A DNA stretch of 64,000 nt from Octopus sinensis (Eukaryota), in contig NC_043003.1 in assembly GCF_006345805.1 (NCBI RefSeq), positions 79,546,001-79,610,000 on the forward strand, given 5' to 3'. This document shows positions 37,401 to 50,631 of this stretch, one piece after another. The position numbers and the translations under genes are program-made. The notes under the pieces are model-generated. The model made no database searches and was not told the origin of the DNA. It saw only the letters and a list, made by a program, of their open reading frames with translations. Position 1 is the first letter of the stretch, and each line of letters opens with the position of its first letter.

Positions 37401-37515
37401 ATTATAAATGCAAGAGAGATTTCGTGTTTCAGTTAGAGGTGTCACTGAAGGCGTGTCATCTTTGTGGATCATTTCGCTCAAGGTAGGATTTCATATTCAG
37501 CATTGCAAACGTTGT

Positions 37516-37820
37516 GGAGACGCAATGGCCCAGTGGTTAAGGCAGCGAACTCGCGGTCGGAGGATCGCGGTTTCGATTCCCAGACCGGGCGTTGTGTGTG
37601 TTTATTGAGCGAAAACACCTAAAAAGCTCCATGAGGCTCCGGCAGGGGGTGGTGGTGACCCCTGTTGTACTCTTTCGCCACAACTTTCTTTCACTCTCCC
37701 TTCCTGTTTCTTGAGTAACGCTGCGATGGACTGGCGTTCCATCCAGCTGGGAGGAACACGTACGCCACAGAAACCGGGAAACCGGGCCCATGAGCCTGGC
37801 TAGGCTTGAAAAGGGTGACA
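37516..37820 (+). mobile_element. SINE family C with tail 3 (V-domain-like segment)
   Basis: Family C head and body, then gctgcgatggactggcgttccatccag and gaaaccgggaaaccgggcccatgagcctggctaggctt. Confidence 0.8.
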
Positions 37821-37900
37821 AAAAATTGCACACGTTGCATTCAGTGGTTCTGCAGCTTGCTTACATCATCAGAGCTATCTCCTCTACGGTAACATTATTC

Positions 37901-37952
37901 TGTCCTTGTTTGTCCACTCTGTGTTTAGCCCCTTGTGGGTAGTAAAGAAATA
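37901..37952 (+). mobile_element. 52-bp 5'-truncated SINE A tail with 13-bp TSD
   Basis: TSD ggtaacattattc at 37888-37900 and 37953-37965. Confidence 0.85.
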
Positions 37953-38984
37953 GGTAACATTATTCACAACCATGCAGCCAGAACAACTCGAGAGCTGTTG
38001 ACGAATTGCAGTGCGTCTGACAAAAAACAAGAACTGCCGGCCCTTCGATTGGCATTTCAGTAGGATACGAACAGAACTAACAGTGTTAGGGAACCACTAT
38101 CGCATGTTGATATCGACAAAGGAAGAACTGGTACCACTAGCGACATAACTCCTGTTCATAAAATTACATGTAATTTCATATCTGGCAAATTGTTTTGCTA
38201 TTAGTTGCACCCAACACCTGCTTCATTCTCTTCGTCTACAATAATTCTGTCACTCCTTTCTGTTTTTCCTCTTAAGAACAGACCCGCAAAAAATTATTAT
38301 CAGCCATGTGTTTTATCTCAGAACCTATTTGCGACGTATAATCTTTATCCTAAGAGATAATCTTATTTCCAAAGAAAAAGTTGTTTCCATGTCACCTCTG
38401 TTATGGGCGTAAGGATTGGCAAATAACATAAATGAAATATGGCCAAGCAAAGCACAGCCACGGCTGACCAAGACATACCGTTTATTTCACATGATTTATG
38501 ACATATTTCCATTTTTTTGTCTTGTTTTCTGTATTACTCTGTTATAATTCTCATTTTCGGTGTTCTAGATTCCAATTGGTTATATAGTTCTGAAGAGAAT
38601 TACTTTACACTGGAGATAAATGAGAAATTTTGTAATTTATTTATGCTGCGAGTAGGCATCAAACAGTACTGCGTTGAATTAGGATTTAACAATGAAATGG
38701 AATGAATCCTTCAGGCGTGCATTCATACGAACAGGTCACGAGCAGCTGTGATTCATTGTCTGAGTTTAATGTGTGTGTGTGTGTGTGTGTGTGTTGTTTG
38801 GTGGTGTGTGTGTGTTTATGTGTGTGTGTGTGTGCTTGCATCCATTTATATGTGTGTATATGCACGTTTATATATGTGTTTATATATGTGTTTATATATG
38901 TGCCTTATAAATCCATATATATATGTGTAGTATACATGTACGTATATACATACATACATGCATACATACCTACATACAAACATA

Positions 38985-39018
<34 letters not shown>

Positions 39019-39212
39019 TGTGTGTGTGTCTATCTATCTATCTATCTATCTATCTATATATATATATATATACACACACACATCTATATACTTACGTACG
39101 CATATAAACAGAGAGAAACACAAACACAGATGTATGTATTTGTTTATGATATTCATATATATATATATACGTACATATATAAATATATATATACATACAT
39201 ACATATATATAA

Positions 39213-39268
<56 letters not shown>

Positions 39269-39759
39269 CATGTGTGTATGTATGTATGTGTGTGTGTGTG
39301 TGTGGGTATGTATATAATGTTTCTACCACTCTATTTTTGTACACACATTCACACACACTTTACATTTATATACGGAGATGGGGGAAATAGAAAGAGAGAA
39401 AGAGAAAGATGGTGAGTGAATATATATTTATCTTCTGTAACACTGCTATAAATCGTATTAGCTGCTTGACATTTCATGAGCAGAGGTGTCTTTCGAAATG
39501 TAATCATTCAAATTGATTTGAATGAAGAAAAAAATTGACGTCGTAATACGCACACTTCGCTCAAAGATTTTATCTGTCTATGTAAAATATCTGAAGAAAG
39601 AGTTGCGAGTCAGAAAAAAGTGCCGCAAACTTGGTTAGCCGGCATCTTACGCCATGCTGCATACTGTTGGCATGCAAGCATGCACGTATATGTGTATTAG
39701 TGTGCGTATGTCAGCATGTATGTGTATGTGCACATATATACATATATATACACACACAC

Positions 39760-39793
<34 letters not shown>

Positions 39794-39851
39794 CACTCAC
39801 ACCCATGTGTGCATACATACATTATATATATATATATATATATATACATGC

Positions 39852-39913
<62 letters not shown>

Positions 39914-39914
<1 letters not shown>

Positions 39915-41209
39915 GAGGGGCGTTCAATAAGTAATGCCCCTGACCCACTTCCCATTGCAGTAGAGCAACGAAACTTGGCACAGTTATTAGTCGTTTTCTA
40001 CATAGGAACCACCCAGAGTTACGCATTTCTCCCATCGTTTGATGCGGCTCTGGAGACCGTTTTTGTAGAAGAACCCAGCTTGGTCCTCCAACCTGAACGT
40101 GACTTCAGAAATCAAGGCTGCATCATCTGGGAAACGCTTTCCTTTCAAAAACAACTTCATGGCTGGGAAGAGGTGAAAATCAGAGGGTGCAAGGTCAGGA
40201 GAGTAGGGGGATGGGGGAAGAGTTCATAGCCGCACGCCTGTGCTTCTGATCTGGCGACACGCGAGTTGTGGACCGGAGCGTTGTCCTGCAGGAGGAGGAT
40301 ACCTTTGCTGATCTTGCCCCGCCTCTTGGTTTCGATAGCTTCTCTTAATTTCCTCAAAAGTGAAACATGATAGGCTCCTGTAATTGTGGTACCCTTTGCC
40401 AGGAAATCTGTCTCATCACTACTCTCCGCCTGGTCCCAGAAGACTGTGAGCATGACCTTGCCAGCGGAGGGCTGCACCCTTGCCTTCTTTTGGAGGAGGT
40501 GAGTCATGGTGCTTCCACTGCATTGACTGGGCTTTGGTCTCTGGATCATAGTGATGGACCCAGGTCTCATCCTGTGTAATCAGTCTTTTGAAAAATTTTG
40601 ACTCATCTTCTTGGCACATCCCTAAATTCTTGCTTCTGGAATTCTTGCGTTCTTGCTTCTGGAAAAGTGTGAGCAACCTGGAAATCCATCTGGCAGACAC
40701 CTTTTGCATATGCAAATGGTCATGAATGATAGTTTCCACAGACCCGGTACTAATCTTGACCTCATGGGCTATTTGGCGAATAGTTATGCGTCGATCTTCC
40801 AAAATGGCAGCCTCAACTTGACGGACAGATGCCTCATCAATGGCAGAAAGGGTGCGACCAGATCTGGGAGCTGTTTCCACAGAGTTCCGACCATGTTTGA
40901 ATTCACGATGCCAGCGTTTTACAAGGTCATATGATGGAGCATCATCACCATAAGTTACTTTCATTTCATTAAAAGTCTCCTGTGGTGTGCGTCATTTCAA
41001 ATACAAAAACCGGATCACTGCTCGACACTCAACATGCTCCATTTCCCACTTGACTCATTTCAAACACCTGTAAATCAGAAACCACAATTAGTTCGGAGCT
41101 GTAATTTGCCACTTAATCTATAGAGATATTAATAATTGCACATGCAAAATTTCAGCTAGATCAAACAAAGGCAAGTGGGTCAGAGGCATTACTTATTGAA
41201 CGCCCCTCG
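39914..41209 (-). mobile_element. Near full-length mariner (1296 bp, irritans/Hsmar2-like) inserted in (TA)n
   Basis: 37-bp TIRs cgaggggcgttcaataagtaatgcc(c/t)ctgacccactt with one mismatch; motifs ITQDETWVHHYDPE, QDNAPVH, HPP and [15 protein letters not shown]. Confidence 0.95.
39987..41042 (-). pseudogene. Mariner transposase pseudogene
   Basis: ATG at 41042 (MEHVECRAVIRFLYLK*), an early TGA and frameshifts joining track ORFs 40419-40964 and 40157-40570; stop at 39987. Confidence 0.9.
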
Positions 41210-41630
<421 letters not shown>

Positions 41631-41645
41631 ATATATATATATACA

Positions 41646-41969
41646 GGCGCATGAGTGGCTGTGTGGTAAGAAGCTTGCTAGGCGGCGATTCTGGCAGAAA
41701 CGTTAGCACGCCGGGCGAAATGCTTAGCGGTATATCGTCTGCCGTTACGTTCTGAGTTCAAATTCCGCTGAGGTCGACTTCGCCTTTCATCCTTTCGGGG
41801 TCGATAAATTAAGTACCATTTATGCATTGGCGTCGATGTAATCGACTTAATACCTTTGTCTGTCCTTGTTTGTCCCCTCTATGTTTAGCCCCTTGTGGGT
41901 AATAAAGAAATAAGAAGCTTCTTCCCCAACCACATGGTTTCGGGTTCAGTCCCACTGCGTGGCACCTTG

Positions 41970-41973
<4 letters not shown>
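41646..41973 (+). mobile_element. SINE family B 5' part with a SINE family A (41680-41910) nested in it
   Basis: taagaagctt duplicated at 41667-41676 and 41911-41920. Confidence 0.85.
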
Positions 41974-42026
<53 letters not shown>

Positions 42027-42029
42027 CGG

Positions 42030-42305
42030 TTGTGTCTGAGGAGAGTCATTTTCTTTTTGTGCCTTATAATATACACACTCGCCGTTAAAGTTTCCTACTT
42101 TTTTTCTTATTTTTATTTTCCTAAAATGTTTGTTGCGTCTTGCAACCTTTTTAATAGTTTTGAAAGTCAAAACTATTGAAAAGGTTGCAAGACGCAACGA
42201 AAATTTAGGCACAAAAAGAAAATGACTCTCCCCAGACACAACAGAATATGCTTTAACACACGAACTCATATAAAGAATCTTGCAAACCAAATCCCAAAAC
42301 GAAAT
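42030..42305. repeat. Foldback (palindromic) repeat; related partial copy at 25771-25912
   Basis: Inner stem 42120-42163 / 42167-42209; outer stem 42030-42066 / 42205-42241. Confidence 0.85.
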
Positions 42306-42324
42306 ATACTAATGGACCGTTAGC

Positions 42325-42505
42325 TCCTACACACATTTTTTTCTCTCCTTGTTTCTTTTCTGTGTATCTTTCAGTCGAAGAGCGTAGGCTCGAAACGTAA
42401 AAGACTTGTTCTATTTCTATTCCTGAGCGACATACTAATACATTTGTTTGTTTGTACTCCACCTGCCTTCATCTTTTGTTTATTTTCGTAAACCTTCCCG
42501 TTATA
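42325..42505 (+). mobile_element. PLE terminal-repeat-like unit with hammerhead motif (42367-42404, core mutated to CAGTCGA)
   Basis: tcttt-CAGTCGA-A-GAGCgtagGCTC-GAAA-CGTA-aaaga. Confidence 0.65.
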
Positions 42506-42519
42506 TATATCTGTATGTA

Positions 42520-42725
42520 CCTGTGTGTCTGTTTGTCCCCCTACCATCGCTTGACAACCGATATTAGTGTGTTTGTGTCCCGTAACCTAGCGGTTCGGCA
42601 TAAGGGACCGATAAAATAAGTACTAGGCTTACAAAGAATAAGTCCAGGAGTTGATTCGTTCGACTGAAGGTAGTGCTCCAGCATGGACGCAGTCAAATGA
42701 GTGAAATAAGTAAAAGAGTAAAAAT
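42520..42725 (+). mobile_element. SINE family B 3' half
   Basis: gtttgtccccctaccatcgcttgacaacc ... gtcaaatgagtgaaataagtaaaagagta. Confidence 0.8.
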
Positions 42726-42899
42726 ATATAGGTATGTATGTATATGAATGTATACATATATTGTTCTCTTTCTCGTTTTAATTTACAGTGACCGACCACC
42801 TACATGGTTGCAAATTTGTGGAGGAAGGAATATTGTTTTAATTATCATCCTTTAAATCTTAAGAAGGGCTTGCAGATCTTCATAGTCCCAGATATTGTG

Positions 42900-45450
42900 A
42901 TTATTTGAAGCGTACAAATTAAAGATTAGCATTGTCTCCTCAATAACCCAAGTTCAGCCATACAGGCGGATTGGTATATATCCTGTTGCTCTAATAATAA
43001 TGTGTATGCTGCCGAAAATGTATCTCGGATTTTGGATTTGCAAACCCATTAATGCCCCATAGATCTCCTCTTTCTCTTGTTTTTTTTCGAACCAAGTTGG
43101 TGTCCAGAGGGTAGCTGACAAATCAGCATATATCTTCATTGTGTTCCCATATAACAATATCTGGCCGGTCGTATTTTAACTTGGTGGCTGTTTTAATTCC
43201 TAAGTTCCTTTAATATCCTTTTGATCTATCGGTCTCAAATATAGTCAACTTCCTCTGAAGGAGTTTTCTATTTTGTAATCCTGTTCCAGACCGTTCTGGT
43301 CACCGTATCATGGGAAGATGATATCTGGAAGACATTTTCTCATAGTTGGCAATAATGTGGTTCGTATCTTTTGTCTTGGTCTTGCAAAGCCTACATTTGT
43401 TGTCTGTCAAAGTTTTCTGCCTCTTAGGATGTAGGTACTTGTTCTGGAATTACATGGTGGTAGCCTTCAAATTGGGGTGCCATTAACTTGTCGGTACACC
43501 ATGCCAAGCTTTTGACATGATCAGTCCCTTCTATGGTTCGTATTTTTTGTGCCAAGTACCCATGTACTATTTTCTCAGTGAAGTGGTTCATTTTTTTTTA
43601 TTCATTTTGTTCTTCTGATAAATAGCTCTTATTTCATACCTCTCCTCAAATTCATTAGCTATCCGAATTATGTTGTTGATTTCATGGTCTCAAACTTCTA
43701 CAAGATAGTTACTGGTCTCTTTTCTCTAATGCAGCTGTTGTTTCAGTGTCACAATACGTATTTCTTTTGACATCAATACACATTTGAGAGAATGATTACT
43801 GTTTGCGTGGGAAGTATAGCCTGTCTACACCTCCATTGATGTTTTGGAGTTTCCTGTAATGCTGAGCAGCTTGCGATTGAGTTCTTGTAGTGATCAATTC
43901 AAAAGGCCAAATTCAGGTGTGAGGGCAGACACTACAAAGGTGTTGTGGGCAATATGCTTGTTGCAAGCTGACAGTTCTGATGACCATATTCTCTTCACTC
44001 TCCATAGGTGTTGATACCCGGCCCTCTCCTTATTTATGGATTCATCATATCTGACATTCTTATCTTGTCCAAGATATCTATAATTGCCACCTGACTGTAA
44101 AGGCTGTATTGTCAAGTTGTTTAGGTTTTCAGAGGAGGGCACAATTTTTCCGTGTTTTATCGTGAAAAAGGATCATTTAAACTCACCAAATTTCATTCCG
44201 TTGCCTGTAAAAAATTGGTTATAAGGCCCATTTGCTTTTTCTATATGGTTGATATATGACTCATACAGTTTCAAGTAGTCGACAAAGAAAAGATGGGAGA
44301 TACTTCTGCACCCATTTCTATGGCCACTATGTTTTGTGAGCAGGTGAACAGGTGTGATAGAGAAGTTTAATGAGAGAATGAAGAGCAGCACCGACAGGTT
44401 ATCACCTTGAAAGATAAATTGTTTTGGTAGTGAATGCTATGCGACTCAATTTGCTCCATACCATTCCTAATGAGCAAAGTGGTGCACCAAGTCTTGATCA
44501 GGCAGTCAACTGCACTTACTAGTGGTTGTGGAACTTTGGCTAACTGTAAGGCCCTGATAATTAAGCCATGTGGTATACTATCAAAAGTCTTCTTGTAGTT
44601 GCAATTTTTTACTGTTTTTTTTCTGGATCATCTTGTTACTTAATAGTAACGTCACATTTCTTTCTTTCCTCCAGCTCGCTCAGGTATTATAATGCTATTG
44701 GAAACACAATGATCCTGCAAGAACAGGTTGATGCATCCAGTGTATAATTTGTATAAGATGTTCTAGCAGGCTATTGAACGGTCATCTTTAGCAAGGATGG
44801 TTTGGCTATTGTTGGGGATGAGTAGAATAGTTGCAGTTGAGAAGCATTGGCGCAGATAATGTGCGTCTTTGATACTTTCTCCATACAACCGTATAAAATC
44901 CCGCCGATAAAAGGTGAAATTCTTCAGCCAGCAGCCTGTTATGAGGTCTAGACCTAGGGATCTCCTATTTCACATTTTCTGTAGAACCCTTTCCAATAGT
45001 TCAAGGTCTATTTCATCTAGCTTTTGCCTGGACATGCTGGCAGTAGTCCTGCTTCAGTTCTTGTAGCTATAAACTTCTTTGCTGATCTCATCGTTTCTTT
45101 CCCATACAAATCTCCAGTAGCCATCAACCTGATCTTTCGTGGGTTATTTTTTTATTTATAGAGATTGATCCTGTTGCATTGAAGTTGCGATAAACTGATC
45201 AGGGTTCCGTGGCAAATAACCTATTGAGCATTTGCCGTTTATATATATTATAGAATTATATTTAGTTTTTCAGCTGTAGCTGAGAGATATTGTTCCAGTT
45301 GGTACAGTTTGGAGTTCAGGTTTTTAAATCCAGTATCACCAGATCGCTTTTTTTTTCTGAAGCCCTCCTGATCTCTTGTGAAGTTGTTCGCTGTGTTACA
45401 TTTCATAACTACAACGATCCGTGAAATACTTTCCCGCCGGAATTTGATAT
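42900..45450 (-). pseudogene. Degenerate R4/Dong-type LINE (RT through RLE); 5' region possibly extends to about 45870
   Basis: SISHLFFVDYLKLY, GMKFGE, YRYLGQD, RIWSSELS..NKHIAHNTF, and RLE-like HIIIRATG near 42985. Confidence 0.8.
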
Positions 45451-45941
45451 ATCTTGTATTGGGTACCGTACCTGATGGGGTATACAAGAACAGCCATCCT
45501 TACTGAAATCAGTCATTAATTACATTACTGGCACGTGACCAACGCGAGTAGGATGTAGTCTATACGGGCAACAAGGAATTTGTACACTACCTTATGTGTA
45601 GGTTGTCTAGGCCCAGAGTGGTATATCTGTGCTATCAGTAGTCATAGGCTTCAACTTCATAAACGGAGTGCACTGATGGTGGCAGCAATAAAGTAACTAA
45701 TTCTGCTTATTGATGGATACTGCGAACTAGCGGAGCGTGTGCAGTTTATCACGGAAGCATGGGTGGCAATTACAAGCTCCTGGTCAATAAGGAGTAAAAA
45801 CTGACAAGAACATTTCTCTTGGGAAAGTCATCTCGATTGAATTGGAAACTTTATGAGAGGCTGCATAAAGAGGTAGAATTTTCCTTAACCCTACACTAGA
45901 ATGAGAGAATGTCGTGCATATATATTTACACACAGACACAC

Positions 45942-45983
<42 letters not shown>

Positions 45984-46052
45984 ATGCACACATACACACA
46001 CGCGCGTGTTTCTGTAAGTACATATATATACATATGCATATGCATGCGCATA

Positions 46053-46127
<75 letters not shown>

Positions 46128-46457
46128 ATAATATATATATATATGTAAATGCATATGTAAATATGTGCACACACACGCGTACACACACAATTACACGCAC
46201 ACACGCGCATATATATATATTCGAAGAATCACAGAGGTCTCACATTAAGTATACGCCAATTGCATGTCTAACAAGAATGACCATGGTAAACCTTAGCGTC
46301 GTTCAAATAAAAAATACAATAGCAGCACAACGGTGGAGAGAATGTATATACATAGAGAGAAATAAGGTAAGAGTGTAGATGATAATCCCACACGTTTGTA
46401 GCTGTTTTTTCATGTGTTAGTTATATAATAGAAGTTACATCAGTATTAATATACCAG

Positions 46458-46598
46458 AAGTCGACTTTGCCTTTCATCCTTTCAGGGTCAATTAAATAAG
46501 TACTAGTTACGCACTGGGATCGATGAAATCGACTTAATCCCTTTCTCTGTTCTTGTCTGTCTCCTCTATGGTTAGCCCCTTGCGGGCAATAAGGAATA
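46458..46598 (+). mobile_element. 5'-truncated SINE family A
   Basis: gtcgactttgcctttcatcc ... ttagccccttgcgggcaataaggaata. Confidence 0.75.
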
Positions 46599-46699
46599 AT
46601 TATTGACCTTTTCAACCACCATGTATTGTTTTGAAGATTAGTCTTTTGATTGCTTTTTTAGCACCCTTCTACAATATATATGGGTATACGGACGCATGT

Positions 46700-46921
46700 G
46701 GAGGCACGTGACTTAGTGGTTAGGGTGTCAGCATCATGATCGTAAGATTGTGGTTTCGATTCCTGGACCGGGCCGACACGTTGTGTTCATGAGCAAAACA
46801 CTTCATTTCACGTTGCTCCAGTTCACTCAGCTGGCAAAAATGAGTAACGCAGCTGGGGAACACATACGCCATAGAAACCGGGAAACCGGGCCCATGAGCC
46901 TGGCTAGGCTTTAAAAGGGCG
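46700..46921 (+). mobile_element. tRNA-derived SINE with a different body but the same tail 3 as 37516
   Basis: Head ggaggcacgtgacttagtggttaggg...gtttcgattcc; tail gaaaccgggaaaccgggcccatgagcctggctaggctttaaaagggcg. Confidence 0.75.
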
Positions 46922-47109
46922 TATTTATTTTATTTTATACACACGAATACATATTGATTCCTTTATGTTTGTATACGCGTTTTAATATTGATGTAAACGT
47001 ATGAAATAAGCCTCTTCTCTCTCTCTCACCTCACCTCTCTTATCTGTTCGTAACCAGCTCAAAAAACAAAACAAGCCAAGAAAAAAAACCAACAAAAAAA
47101 AAACAAAAC

Positions 47110-47330
47110 AGAAATTAAGATATAAGCACTGCATCAAAAACACACTGGAAAAAGGTCTGAATCTTATATGTGTAGGAGGAAATTCGAACGAAATCGTATC
47201 GAGCATGAACGGTCTAATGTTCGCAAAGGTCATGATATGAATTTGCCCGAATATTTTTATTCACGTCCCAATTTAACTTGTAATAAATGTGGTCGTGTCT
47301 ATTTAAGTAGGAAATGCCTTTGCAGTCAGC
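47110..47330 (+). mobile_element. Old RTE-like LINE 3' fragment
   Basis: RRKFERNRIEHE...LTCNKCGRVYLSR resembles the C-terminal CxxC-CLSR motif of the RTE at 58560. Confidence 0.5.
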
Positions 47331-47654
47331 AGATCAGTTACACACACGGGGAAATTGCTAACAATACTTTATATAGCATTTCTACTTGCAGGGAGTGTAG
47401 AAAAGAATCCGCGTCAGGAGGCGGTATGGAGCGTCATATAGACATTCTACAAAACCATATTGTAATGTGTAAAAGAGGACGCAATAGTTGTTGACTCTTC
47501 GGTCAACCTGCACGAAAGGGTCCCCTATTGAAGCGACGTCAGGGCGATGTCATTGTTCTCATGGGTCACTCATGGACTAACATATTTTTAACCAATTACA
47601 TATTCTGTTTTCTTTATTTCATTTTTTTCTAGCAGTCAAATTTGACTGACGAAC

Positions 47655-47738
<84 letters not shown>

Positions 47739-47745
47739 CATTATT

Positions 47746-48374
47746 CTATGTTTGACTTTTGCTTTACATTTGCACAAGCTGGCTCCAAGTCTCATCCAGA
47801 GACCTCAAGAGACAACAAGTTGGAAGTTCATGTTGGTGTTATGCCTAGGGTGCCATATATTTGGTTTTGTACATAGTGTTGTAGTAGTGAATGCCTAAAA
47901 AACCATACGAAAATTATGTTTGTTTTAAAATTTGAGATTACAAAGAAAGTATTTTGCATAGGATATGAGCAGTTCCCATGAGCACTATCTTTTGAATTTC
48001 TGCCATTTTGGGGTTTCCTGGTATTTGAGTTAGGTAGCAATCAGCCCCTTTTGCTATCATTCCCAGGGCACCTATGACAACAGGTATTGTTTTAGTCTTC
48101 AGGTTCCACATTTTGCTGATTTCTATTTCCAGATCTTTATATTTGCTCAGTTTCTGGTAGGTCTTGACAGATACATTTATATCGATTGGGACAGTCATAT
48201 CAATGAGGAGGCATGTTTTTTGTCTGAGGTCTTTTACTATGATGTCTGGTCTAATCGCGTCTATCTTTCTGTCAGTTTGAATGGTGAAGTTCCAGAGGAG
48301 TGAGATGTGGTCATTTTCAAGCACTGGAGGTGGTTTGTGTTCCCACCAGTTTTTATCATGGAGCAAGTCCAGGC
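47746..48374 (-). mobile_element. 5'-truncated R4/Dong-type LINE (RLE domain plus 3'UTR) in a (TAA)n array
   Basis: ORF 47938-48366 reads LENDHISLLWNFTIQTDRKIDAIRPDII..LLIDMTVP..QKLSKYKDL..IPVVIGALG. Confidence 0.9.
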
Positions 48375-48429
<55 letters not shown>

Positions 48430-48450
48430 TACTATTACTATTACTATTAC

Positions 48451-48519
<69 letters not shown>

Positions 48520-48534
48520 TACTATTACTATTAC

Positions 48535-48583
<49 letters not shown>

Positions 48584-49136
48584 GAGTGAGAGAGCAGTTC
48601 ATGCCATCAAAGTGACACTGGGGTAAAATATACGAAGCCCAATATACCCATCATGACTACCCGTCTGATAAAGGTACACCAGGCACATGCATCACAACCA
48701 TATGTGCGCGACATGGTGATATCATATCAAGATAAACAGCACATGACCTTGCAGGTGGGGCCCAGTTAGAATTTTCTTCAGGTTGAGTAGCCCATCCTGC
48801 TCAAAAGGTCCCTGAATAAGGGTTGCTTTAGGATGTTGAACGAAACACCTATGTTTCCAGAGGTGAATTATTCAAACCCCAAAGAATCCCTCTCAACACA
48901 TGGCCATGACGCTCCCCCACTACTTCTGCTCGTGATCAGAGATGCACATATCGTCAGCCACTAAGGGACATGCTCAACTGGTTAAGGCCAAACAACTGAC
49001 AAGCAAATCTGTGGTATTGAGCAGAATATTTGCTGTAGCCCATCTTTTATACCAAGACAAAACAATGTACATGATAACACTTCAATCAGTTAAGATCAGA
49101 AGCCATGAGAGCCACTGCCTGGTACGGCATCAGGGC

Positions 49137-49138
<2 letters not shown>
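48584..49138. mobile_element. 555-bp non-coding element flanked by (TAA)n on both sides
   Basis: Complex sequence with sharp boundaries against the arrays; no recognisable coding motif. Confidence 0.6.
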
Positions 49139-49188
<50 letters not shown>

Positions 49189-49191
49189 TTA

Positions 49192-49236
<45 letters not shown>

Positions 49237-49248
49237 TACTATTACTAT

Positions 49249-49301
<53 letters not shown>

Positions 49302-49614
49302 TTATTATTATTATTATTATCATCATCATCATCACATCATCATCATCATCATTATTATTATTATTATTATTATTATATTATTATTATTATTATTATTATT
49401 GTATTATTATTATTATTATTATTATTATTGTTATTATTATTATTATTGTTATTATTAGTATTATTATTATTATTGTTATTATTATTATTGTTATTATTAT
49501 TATTATTATTATTATTTTATTATTATTATTATTATTATATTATTATTAATTATTATTATTATTGTTATTATTATTATTATTATTATTATTGTTATATTAT
49601 TATTGTTATTATTA

Positions 49615-49688
<74 letters not shown>

Positions 49689-49695
49689 ATTATTA

Positions 49696-49757
<62 letters not shown>

Positions 49758-49758
<1 letters not shown>

Positions 49759-50099
49759 TATGTTTGACTTTTGCTTTATATTTGTACAAGTTGGCTCCAA
49801 GTCTCACCCAGAGACCTCAAGAGACAACAGGGTTGGAATTTCATGTTGTTGTTATGCCTAGTGTGCCATATATTTTGGGGGTGGGGATGTTGTACTAATG
49901 AATGTCTAAAAAAAAAAGTTTTTTTTTTTTTTTTTTTTTTTAAACCGAAAATTATGGTTGTTTTAAACCTTGAGGTTACATAGAGAGTATTTTGCGTAGG
50001 ATATGAGCAGTTCCCATGAGCACTATCTTTTGAACTTCTGCCATTTTTGGGTTTCCTGGTATCTGAGTTAGGTAGCTATCAGCCCCTTTTGCTATCATT
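49758..50099 (-). mobile_element. Second, shorter copy of the 47746 R4/Dong 3' end in (TAA)n
   Basis: Same 3' terminus ctatgtttgacttttgcttta.atttg.acaag; the 5' truncation ends on att microhomology with the array. Confidence 0.9.
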
Positions 50100-50122
50100 A
50101 TTATTATTATTTATTATTATTA

Positions 50123-50193
<71 letters not shown>

Positions 50194-50585
50194 TATTATT
50201 ATTATTCATTAGCTATTGGTCTATTATATATTAGCTAATTTTTAAATCAATTTAAAATTTAGCGTTATAGTTAATTTTATTTCACTAATACTTCTTTTGC
50301 ATTCTTTCAAAATAAGTTTAATTTATGTAGGAATTTATATTTAATTAAGTTGTTTATTAGTTATGGTTTACTTAATTCCAATTCTAATTTTAGTATGACG
50401 TATCATACAAATATTTAAATCTGTTGAATGTATACTTCGATTGATGATCACATCCTCATACGCTTTTTCGTCTACGATTTATTAATTTATATTTTGATGT
50501 AAGAATATAGTAAATTTCTTCTGCACACAGGTTACACCGTTTGCATGCTCTACTATATGGTCTGACTCTACTAATTATCTCCTAG

Positions 50586-50631
<46 letters not shown>

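Larger units (their letters stand above)
47656..50205. repeat. (ATT)n/(ACT)n arrays at 47656-47745, 48375-48583, 49139-49757 and 50100-50205, separated by three inserted elements
   Basis: Direct reading. Confidence 0.95.

Noticed and set aside
49085-49138. Faint resemblance of the end of the 555-bp element to the 5S rRNA 3' half
   Set aside because: Only a few scattered matches; the internal promoter boxes cannot be aligned.
48942-49898. 318-aa ORF and overlapping poly-I/L/Y ORFs
   Set aside because: Reading frames through (ATT)n microsatellite, which lacks stops on this strand; no protein-like complexity.
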